19,078 nt of DNA from Selaginella moellendorffii (Eukaryota; Plantae; Lycopodiophyta): assembly GCF_000143415.4 (NCBI RefSeq), contig NW_003314368.1:1-19078 (forward strand), read 5' to 3'. Of this stretch, positions 9,552 to 19,078 are shown piece by piece. The notes under the pieces were generated by a model. That model saw only the letters and a program-made list of their open reading frames with translations. It was not told where the DNA came from and searched no databases. The translations under genes were made by a program, and so were the position numbers. Each line of letters opens with the position of its first letter. Within the stretch, counting starts at the first letter, position 1.

Positions 9552-12300
9552 TTCTTTCCCCCTTAAGGAAGATTGATGTCCTCGTCGATGCATACTCCAG
9601 TCTAGACCATTGCTAAGGAAACAACTCTAAGAAAAGTTCATAGTGATCATACTATGTTCAAAATGCACCAACTTAAATGAGTTAGAGAGACATAAAGAGA
9701 AAAGCTAGAGGCCCCAACCCTCATGAGCAAAGAAACCAGGTTTAGATAGACTACTATAAATAGGTAGTTAGAGTTGTTTACATGGTCACACCCTTTTAAC
9801 GAAATAAGGAACATTGACAGAAAAGCGGGTGATGTGACCAGTTAACAATAGTTACCCCATGACTAAATATTTCATTATGCACACAAAATGCTGAAGACAA
9901 TCTGTTTATACTGGCCCAAACTCAAAGATTAATAGATGGATAATATAAAAGTTAGAGACTTAATTATCAGTGAATAAATATTAGATTAGAACACAAAAGT
10001 ATTCCAAATAAGGTATCATCTGATAAACCAGAATTAGAGTACATGAACCACCAGGATCACTATAGTTGGAAAACATAGGATTCACCATCTAACAAAATTC
10101 AATAGCTAGTGTATCATTAAGGACACTCAATGACAAAACTTAACTATCAAACACACTAAACAACTTATAAAAGATAAGTATAAGAACACAAAGTATCATT
10201 GACAGATAAGTAAAATGCTCACGAATGTATAACCCAAAGAAAATAACATTTAACTTATCAAAACCAACTGTAACAATAATTAATAGAATAAAATGAATGT
10301 TACAAGACCAACAAACACTTATTCATGCTAATTATCACACTAGCCAATCTGAATAAATTTTAGTTAATAAGTTGTTTAAACAAGTGTTAGCAACATCCTA
10401 TTGATGTCTCAAACCCAAGAGACCAATCCAAAGAAAACCACAAAGAACATATGGTAATGTGAAAAACCATAAGTCATCAAAGAGAACAACTAACCATCAT
10501 GAAAAAACATTAATCATCTCATCAATGAAAAGATGTATAATCATTATCGAAGATAGAATCCATCATCCCAAAGAACAGCAAATCATTCTAAATCAACAAT
10601 AATTAAGCAAAACTTTTGACAAGGACAATAATTCAAGATGATAGTTATTCATTATCAATGATTGCTATATGTAAATACAAATTTCAACTTCAAAGCATTA
10701 TGAGCTAAAATGCTTTCCTTAACAATTCCTAATAAATAAAACAATGAGCATAAAAGTCAAAAAACCAAAAACTTGAAAAAGCTTATAACCAAGTCTTTCA
10801 TAACAATGATCATAAGTTTTGTATGAACTAACTTCAATACTAAAGAAAAACATTATGGTACAACCCACAATATCTTCTTTAACATATCCATAAGCTAAAC
10901 TTCATAATGCAAAAGTTAATGAAGAATATATTTGCATCAATTTAAAAGCCAAGCAAAACAAAATTATGTTTAACAAGTGATCATCAAATCGATCCTCCAT
11001 GAATCCATCTTCTATAACAAGACATAACTCATTTCATAATAAGCACAAGAAGAATCATTAACGATCAGTATATTCTAACTTAAATCCAATAAGGATTCAA
11101 ACATTCAAATATTGCTCACTAATTCTTCCTCTCATAGAGTTAGCATTGTCCACGACTAAATCACTTTTCAAGGAAAAGTGTAAAGCTCAACCCCTACTAA
11201 ACAATCTCATCTAAAACACAAATAACTCAAACTTTCTACTCAATTCGTTTGAACGTCAATACAATTGCTAACTAGCAATTATACAAATGCCAATAACATA
11301 AAGCTATAACCAAACCACCAACACTATTTTCATTGAGACTAATGAAACTCAATATTAATCCTACGGAGAGATATCTCATTTCACTCGAATCTCAACATTA
11401 ATAATGTCAATAACAAGGCATCACTTCAATACCATCAACACCATAACAAAGTTAATAGAAAGCAAGAGTGAATTAGCACCTAAACTCTTTAACAACCAAA
11501 TTAACCAAAGTTGAAGATACTTTACTTAGTATCTGAGACCAATCCTCCAACAATACTTAGTTATAAATAACACCTTATCAAGAAGTGATTCACCACATCC
11601 AAGACTCCATAAAATCTAACACTACTGACTAAACACAACTAAATGATATTGATAGAGGTAGAGTCAACATGCTAACATGGAAAAACAATGTAAGTTTAAT
11701 GACACAATTTTTCACAACACCATTTAGTAAAACAAGCTTATCATTGATAAATCTTCATCAAGTGAAGCAAGTGTTAAAAGTCATTAACAAAGTCTATAAG
11801 CAACCACTAGTTATAAAGTAACTAACAATCACTCTTCAACTTGCCTTCACAAAACTTAAACACTAAACTCATATTATCGAGTTATATACTTGTTCAACAT
11901 AAACATAATACCCCAAGTATAAGATAAAGGTTCATGGACAAACACAAACTAAATGACCACTCAAATCTAACTCAACCGCAATAAACTCACTAATGCATTT
12001 AACCAACATTTCTGAGCATGCCTTGAAGAGGCTAACTATGCATGATCAATACTTAGTTGAAACTAAAATGAAGACCATGAGATAGATAACTTCCTCATAG
12101 ACAAAGCTATAGTATGGGTACTAACATCTTAACCTCAAACAACTAAGTTAGACATCATCATACTTAACCAAAGTGCAAGACTACCAAGACTAAGTCAAGA
12201 TCAATAAAAGTTCACTACTTTTACAGAGTTTAACGAAATGCAAGGTGCAACTTGCCACCTAACATAATACTATAGAAAAATGGCACAAAAGTGACTTTTC
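9552..12300 (-). mobile_element. PPT and long AT-rich non-coding internal region of family X element
   Basis: Minus-strand PPT AAGGGGGAAAGAA (9564-9552) abuts the LTR. There is no ORF of 60 aa or more. Part of it is also present next to the other family X LTR. The distal boundary is a guess. Confidence 0.55.
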
Positions 12301-13297
12301 TAGAAAAGTGCAATAGCCACAATTCTACACCAACTCCAGACACTATCCAACTTAATTGTTTGTAAGCAACTAAATTTTCCATTCTACTTTAGTCACTTAA
12401 CCACACCTCCAACGACTTGGAGGAGTCTCACTCATAACCTCTATAAGTCCTATTCCGGACTTGGGGCTTGCTATCCCCGAGAATGGCATCTATGCCACTC
12501 AACCTTTGCACTTGGTCCAAGTGCTCCACATGTCCAATCCCATGACCAACACCCCAAGGTACCACCAACCTATCAACCCGTTACGCTAAGGCCATCTCCT
12601 TTCACCTTGGTCATACTGATGGTCTAACACCACCTGCATCACAGTCCCGTCTCTCAAAGACTGGGCCATCCATCCATGAGTGATCATCCCAGATCCACTC
12701 CTTAGCATCCTTAGGATGCCCACAGATAGGGGACATAGCCTTCCCCAACATCCTTTTTCCAGTCCCCTCCAAATCCCTTTCTGTCCATGGCCGTGTTCAC
12801 CAACACTACCACTGGGTCAAGGCCCACAGGCCTGACCACTAAGTTCCCTAGTCCTCTAGGACTTCTTCACCACATGACTGTATCCTTGGTCACTACACCA
12901 GAAGACTACTCCTTTTCCTTCCCATAGTTTGGACATTTGGGATAATATTTAGGAACACTGTGGCCCTACGCGAGCCTTGCAGGTACTCTCCCCGCCTTCT
13001 GCCTTTGGGTGTCTAGCCATGGGCTTAGAGTGAGGTTCCATTGAGCCATGCCAGGTATCCAAGTAGGTAGTGCCACCCATACTTTGACTGGGAGCATTAA
13101 CCATTCGATCTCCCAGGGGAACTAGAGCCTGCTCTTGAACACTTCACCAAGCTACCCTATTTGTCGGTCCATATTCACTCTAGTCTTGGACTTCCCAGTG
13201 GTCAACTCATCACCCAACACCTGGGTATACCCTTCCTGGGCCAAACTGGCCTTTCTTGGCCAAATTGGCTCCACTAGGCTCCAACCCTGATACTTTC

Positions 13298-13371
13298 CCT
13301 ACTATACTTTTGGAACCCCCCGCAGAACCCCCCTTGGGGGGACGATTGCTTTGGGCTTTCACCCAACAGCC
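13298..13371 (-). repeat. Short block homologous to family X LTR
   Basis: CCCTACTATAC..GGAACCCCCC..GCTTTGGGCTTTCACCC matches 5456-5521 and the reverse complement of ~4082-4155. Confidence 0.65.
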
Positions 13372-13385
13372 TGTATTAGTATTCG

Positions 13386-13875
13386 AACTCCAACTCAGAC
13401 TCGAACTCGGACTCGGACTCGATCTCGGTCCCAGTTTCAGACTCGGACTCGATTTTGGTTTCGGTCTTGGTCTTGGTCTCGGTCTCAGTTCCATCTTGGA
13501 CTCCATCTCGGACTCCATCTCGGGTCCATTTCAAACTCCATCTCGGACTCCATCTCGGACTCCATCTCGGGTCCATCTCAGACTCCATCTCGGGTCCATC
13601 TCAGACTCCATCTTGGGTCCATCTCGAACTCCATCTCGGGTCCATCTTGGACTCCATCTCAGGTCCATCTCAGACTCCATCTCGGGTCCATCTTGGAATC
13701 CATCTCGGACTCCATCTCGGGTCCATCTTGAACTCCATCTCGGACTCCATCTCGGGTCCATCTCGGACTCCATCTTGGACTCCATCTCAGGTCCATCTCA
13801 GGTCCATCTCAGACTCCAACTCGGGCTTCATCTTGGGTCCATCACGGACTCCATCTCGGCCCATCTCGGACTCCT
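13386..13875. repeat. Compound minisatellite: 6-mers ACTCGG and TCTYGG, then ACTCCATCTCGG (12 bp) and GTCCATCTCRG (11 bp) units
   Basis: The periodicity is directly visible and explains the repetitive ORFs in several frames. Confidence 0.95.
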
Positions 13876-15768
13876 CCACATGTCATGTGTTGGTCCTCTT
13901 GTGTCCCTTTTCTAGAGACTCACTCATTGCTTGCTTTGTGCTTGTTCTTTGAGCACTTCGTTGGGAGTTCCACTCCCGCTTTCGACCTTTCAAGTCAGAG
14001 CTTTTAGTCCAAACGTGTTATGCTCGTTTGGCTTTCGCTTCGGCCATCACCATATTGCACCCTTTCAGCTCCACTTTGGGGCCTATGGATTTTGTGTCTC
14101 ACATTGTCTTAGCCCCAAAAATCAGCATCCCTTTCGGGTCGCATTATACAAACTACCTACTATAGTTTAAGCTAGTGAAAGGGTTAGAGTTGACTTCAAT
14201 TAATTTGTAATAGTTTTCAAAAATGGAATGGTTTTCAAGCAAAAACTTTAATAAATCAGCCATTGGAAAAGCCTAAGAAAATTTATGGAAAATTTTCCAT
14301 CCTAGAAAAAGAATGAATCTTAGTCTAGAAATACAAATTCTCAAGACTCAACCAATTTTCTCTTACTAACAATTTTATATATGTTCACCTCAACACAAAT
14401 TCTTATAACCTAACAATATGTCTAAGCATCGAATATCATACCTATATTTCTGACATCTAACACTGACATCTGTAAAATGCAAAATGAACATCCAAGGCTT
14501 AATCATGAAGACCACATCTTTGGATATCCACATTGCACTAACACTTTTCTTCAATCACCTTTAAGATTCAATATAAAGCCAAAACACTAACAAGAAAAAT
14601 AACATAGAAATCCAAGATCTAAGGAAAATTCCTCATCACTTAAAATAACAATGTCACTCATTAACACAAGTGCTAGCATTTTTAATGCCTCAACTACACA
14701 CCTTTTCCATTTAACAATTTATTTGAAGTGCTAATGGATTAACTAACGAGCTATAGTAAATAAATGCTACAACCCTTTTCCAATACCTCAATGGGCAAAC
14801 TCAAGGAACCAAGGAACCAACTTAAGCTTAGCATAATGAATCACTATAAAGAATCTAGTTAAAATTACTACAATATTACTATATGTAAGTTCACTATCAA
14901 CCACTTTGGGGTTGAACATCGTTTAACCAAACAACTTTGTAAACACATTGCTCACTATCATATAAATATGATATAAAAATCATAATGACTTGATCATCAA
15001 TTAAGCAATACCATGAGCAACACCCATGTCATTACTTTAAAGGTTTATGTGACTATCAAATGCCAACTCAATTCGATAAAATGCAACATAAATGCCACAC
15101 TCCACCGATAGAGATTTACGATACCCAACACCACTAACTTTTATTCATAACATAGACAAGCTCATACCACTTTCTTTCTGACCAAAATCAAAACTAATCC
15201 ACACTAGACTACTTAAGAAGCAATAGCAAGGTTCTTCAGAAAAGAATTAAGCATTGCAACCCAAGCCTTCAATAGTAAGCTTAGACAAAATGATTTAGTT
15301 CTTCACTGCTATCCATCCCATAATTCACCATTTATAAGATCATCATTTCCAAAATGTATCAAGGTAAAGACTCTTGATTACATAATATGAACACAAGCAA
15401 TGAATTAGCACCTCATTGCAAATCATCTCTCCAAGAGAAAATGATTTATGTTTTGATCCCTCATTCTTGATAACTCTCTTTTCAATCTTATCTTTAACTA
15501 AACTTTAAGCTTGCTTTCACACTGCTTTCAGTCCAATCTAAGACAAGTTTATGAGAGAGCATGGCAATGACTACTTGAACCAATAGACTAATCCCTACAA
15601 TCTTGATTGATCCACTCATAATCATGCCTAGGAAGGATCCACTAGTGCCGTCTTAAACAGCTACAAACTAGCCTATTTACTACTCATAGTAAACCCAATA
15701 GAGGTTTACTTTCATCTATGGTACATGGAACAACAACTAGAATCACCGATAAGCTAGCATTAATTCTG

Positions 15769-15897
15769 CCAACTCAAAGTGTAACCTTGAGTTACTAATG
15801 TGCCTCACTCATGAGCCCAAATGCAAACTCGTGCAAAATGGTATACCTCAAATCCATCTTCCCAACTCAAAGTGTAACCTTGAGTTGCTAATTGCCT
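15769..15897. repeat. ~36-bp direct repeat (period 93) at the junction with the pol fragment
   Basis: CCAACTCAAAGTGTAACCTTGAGTTRCTAAT at 15769 and 15862. Confidence 0.9.
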
Positions 15898-15898
15898 A

Positions 15899-18322
15899 GG
15901 GCGAAGTCGTTGGTTCACCAAGCTAGGTCTTGCTTTTGAGTACTGGCAAGTACCGATGGCCAAAAATGATATTCTTAAGATTGCTTTTCGTACACCATTT
16001 GGTTTGTACGAGTTCTTGGTGATGCCGTTTGGTTTGAACAATGCTCCAGAAACTTTCCAACGGATGATGGATGAGGTTCTTTGTGATATGCCAGAGGTGA
16101 TTGCTGACTTCATTGATGATGTCTTGATTCACTCAAAGGGGACGTGGGAGGAGCATATTCGTGATGTTTGTAAAGTGTTGGATCGGCTACGCGACATTGG
16201 TTTAAAGCTAAAGCAGTCAAAGTGTGTGTTTGGGTCCAAGGATACAGCTTATCTTGGGTACCGTATTTCTCATGAGGGTTTGCAAGTTGATCCTGACAAA
16301 CTTGTGGCTGTTCTAAAGTTCCCTACTCCGAAGTGTGTGAATAATATGCAATGTTTCTTGGGCAAGGTGCAGTATCTCAGTTGTTTTGTGGATCATCTTT
16401 CTGATCACACTACACCATTGCGAGCATTGCTGAAGTCATCAACATCATCTTTCATCTAGTCTCTGGATTGTGAGTGGGCATTTGGGGATCTCAAAGAGCT
16501 ATTGACGACTCCTCTAGTTTTGGCATATCCTAACTACACTCGACCTTTTATTTTGCACATGGATGCTTCTGACATTGGTCTTGGAGGTGTGTTGATGCAA
16601 GAGAGCTCGAGTGTGCCTGGTCAACGCCATCCTATTGCGTATATAAGCCGTACATTACAACCAGTGGAAATGAACTACTCCACAATAGAGAAGGAGTGTT
16701 TAGCAGCAATTTGGGGTTTCGAGAAACTTCATGCATATCTACATGGTTCTTGGACATTACTTGAAGGTGATCATGCTGCTGTTACTTCATTATTAAAGCG
16801 GAAGAACCTGGTTGGTCGTACTGCTCGATGGGCTTTGAAGCTTCAGATATATGATTTTGATGTTGTTCATCGCCCAGGGAGTTCTATGGCTGATGTTGAT
16901 ACCCTTTCTCAAGCTCTTCTTCCTTCTCCATTCTCTTCTCATGTTTCTGATGAGCCTGTTGTTCTAGCCTCTGTGGATTTTCTAGACGAGGATTTTGTGC
17001 CGTCGGCGGTTGTTTTACTTGACATTCAGTGTCCACAAGGTGCAGAGCAAGATCTACCTTCTCTTGATGTGGTTCGCGAGGCTCAAAAGATTGAGCCATG
17101 GATTCGAAGGTTTCGAGATGGGTTTGAGAATCCTGCATCACTTGCTGATGACTTGCTTTTCCAACATTTACATTCTCAATATCGCCTTGAAGACGGCCTT
17201 CTTTATTTTGTGGGGACGAATCTTGATGATCATTTATGGCTGGTGGTGCCTTCTATCTTTATTCCGTGGTTTCTCCATGCCTACCATGATTCTCCTGTTC
17301 TAAGTGGGCATATGGGACATGGTTGTGTAATTGAGAAGTTGCGCAGGTCTTTCTATTGGCCGGAGATGCGACGTGATATTATCCAGTATATGCGTAGCTG
17401 CGTTTGGTGCCAAACTCGTAATACTCCCCCTCAGGCTGCGGAAGGACAGTTGGAGTCAATTGCAGTTTCTCGTCCGTTTGAGTTGGTGGCATTTGATCTT
17501 ATGGGACCTTTTCCATGGTCAACTACTAGCAATGAGTATGTTATTATTGCTTCTGACTACTTGACTCGTTGGGTGGAAGTTGGTGCTCTTGCTAGCGCCT
17601 TTACAACTGCTATTGGATACTTCCTCCTCAATTGAGTGGTGTTCCAGCATTCTTGTCCAGAGTAGATTCTTTCGGATCCTTATCATCCACAATCAAACGG
17701 TCTGGTGGAATGACTCGTTCGGACATTCAAAGGGATGATTGCGAAGTATGTGAACTTTCAGCATTTGGATTGGGATGGTTATTTGCCATCTCTTTGGTAT
17801 GCATATGTCACAGGGGTGCAGAGTTCTGTTGGTGCTTCACCATATAAACTCCTATATGGTCATAATCCAATATTATCAATGGAGCTAGGTTTACCTTCGA
17901 GATTGCCACGAGCTGCAGATGCTAGGTCATGGGATTAGTATTTGATGAGCATTCTTCCACTTGTCCGAGCGGAGTCTAGCGAACACTTAGGCCACGTACA
18001 AGTGGGACAACAACAGCAGTACAACTCCGATCATCGTGCACCTGCGGAGTACAAAGTGGATGATTTGGTGTTAGTCCATTTTCCCCATCTTACGGTATGT
18101 GGTTTATCTAAGGGGCTCTTTGCACAGTGGAAAGGACCGTATCGGGTGTTGCAGCAAGTTGGACCACAAGTTTATGGGGTTCGGCATGACATCCAGCAGG
18201 CCGATCCTCCAAAGATTGTGCATATACAGCGGTTGAAACGCTTTATACAAAGGGATCAGGAGCAGTTAATACCACCTACAGATCCGCCGATGCCTACTTT
18301 GGTGCATAGGTACAATCCATAA
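15899..18322 (+). pseudogene. pol: 5'-truncated Ty3/gypsy pol pseudogene: RT, RNase H, integrase with GPY/F module, no chromodomain seen
   Basis: RT: WFTKL..YWQVPM, AFRTPFGLYEFLVMPFGL, FIDD, YLGY. RNase H: DASDIGLGGVL, NYSTIEKECLA, DH, RWALKLQ. Integrase: H..GH..CVWC, FDLMGPF, DYLTRWVE, YHPQSNGLVE, WKGPYRV, VHIQRLK. There are several in-frame stops and a deletion in the integrase core near 17640-17680. Confidence 0.95.
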
Positions 18323-18385
18323 CCATGGGGATAACTATTATAGAGTAATCGCAAATCCTTACCTCTCTCCCGTTGACTCATTTTT

Positions 18386-18566
18386 AAAAGGGGTGTGATC
18401 ATGTAAATAACTTCATTTGCCAATTTATACTAGTTGTCTAAATCTTCCTGACGGGGTTGATTTCTTGCTCAAGGGATTTGGGCCTCTAGCTCCCTCCTTA
18501 TGTCCTTGTGGGTAGGGATGTATCAGTCCTTTGTAAGCCAAGTGGTACTCGAAGTAACAAGGGTGG
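18386..18566 (+). repeat. PPT and start of putative 3' LTR of the gypsy element
   Basis: AAAAGGGGTGTGA (18386-18398) lies shortly after the integrase stop and is followed by TGTAAAT at 18402. There is no second LTR in the window to confirm this. Confidence 0.55.
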
Positions 18567-19078
18567 TGTAGCGCATGTGATCATGGGATGAGATTTGGAT
18601 ATACTGTCACCGTGGATCCTTGGAACCTTGGGGGATAAATGGGGATAAAATAGCCACTAAGGGCTCTCTCATCAAGCAATTGCCCCTTTTCCAGTTGGCT
18701 TAAGGGGAGAGAGATAAGGTGCGCTACAGTTGGTATCGGAGCAAATGGCACGGGTTCGATTCCCATTGATTAGTGGCTACTTAAAAGTATAATATACCCT
18801 TGAGCAAGGTATATTCCTACCCCTAAATTTGAAATCGTACGTATTGGGCATCCATGCGTACGTCCTTCCTCTTGTGTGGAGTATCCACGGACGAAGGTAT
18901 CCACCGTGGGACTGCGGTACGGGTGGATGACTAGTTGCCTCACATGGAATAGCTGGTCTACACAATGGAAGGATTGGTAGATTGAGTGCGGAAATGGAGG
19001 TGTTGGTTCCCCTTGGCTCAGTAGGGGTTGTTAGTCAATAGTCAATGAGGACATTGACATCTCTGAAGGGGGGGTGAG
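18567..19078 (+). mobile_element. TRIM-like element: 162-bp 5' LTR, PBS, ~350-bp non-coding internal region, PPT; 3' LTR expected beyond the window
   Basis: LTR 18567-18728 has 9-bp terminal inverted repeats TGTAGCGCA/TGCGCTACA. PBS TGGTATCGGAGC at 18731-18742 (tRNA-iMet, one mismatch). PPT GAAGGGGGGGTGAG at 19065-19078. Confidence 0.78.

Noticed and set aside
13386-13875. CRISPR-like array
   Set aside because: The units are contiguous with no unique spacers, there are no cas genes, and the context is eukaryotic retroelement DNA.
13876-13888. CCACATGTCATGT shared with 5035-5047, a possible second LTR end for family X
   Set aside because: Similarity does not extend beyond 13 nt and there is no adjacent PBS.
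13210-13952. Overlapping ORFs with PSRT, LHLG and SISD repeats
   Set aside because: Artefacts of a stop-poor minisatellite that is open in several frames on both strands.
18745-18770. tRNA gene
   Set aside because: Only a T-arm-like motif is present, and no cloverleaf could be built.

Overview
Eukaryotic, repeat-dense DNA made of nested plant retrotransposons, with no recognisable host gene. The 5S-like sequence and element types suggest a non-seed land plant such as a fern (inference). In order: a degenerate L1-type LINE ORF2 (minus, 1-~1935) joined to a decayed chromovirus-like Ty3/gypsy pol (minus, ~1936-3562). Next come two oppositely oriented copies of one LTR family, called family X here (3563-4467 plus; 5040-9551 minus). 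The minus copy carries two nested insertions: a very young Gag-only LTR element (5757-8495, TSD ATATG, LTRs differ at 2 of 414 nt, Gag has two CCHC knuckles and an N/Q/Y-rich low-complexity region) and a complete Cassandra TRIM with 5S rRNA-derived sequence in its LTRs (8938-9463, minus, TSD ACCTT). It also has a 3x104-bp tandem expansion. A long AT-rich non-coding stretch and a 6/11/12-bp minisatellite (13386-13875) follow. The window ends with a 5'-truncated Ty3/gypsy RT-RH-INT pseudogene (15899-18322) whose 3' LTR appears interrupted by a second TRIM lacking 5S sequence (18567 to window end). The most notable observations are the Gag-only element, a covarying GAGGRC-loop hairpin beside the PPT of three elements, and LTR motif sharing between the Cassandra and the 5S-less TRIM. 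All alignments were done by eye. I found no system I can call clearly new, and the top findings are hypotheses.
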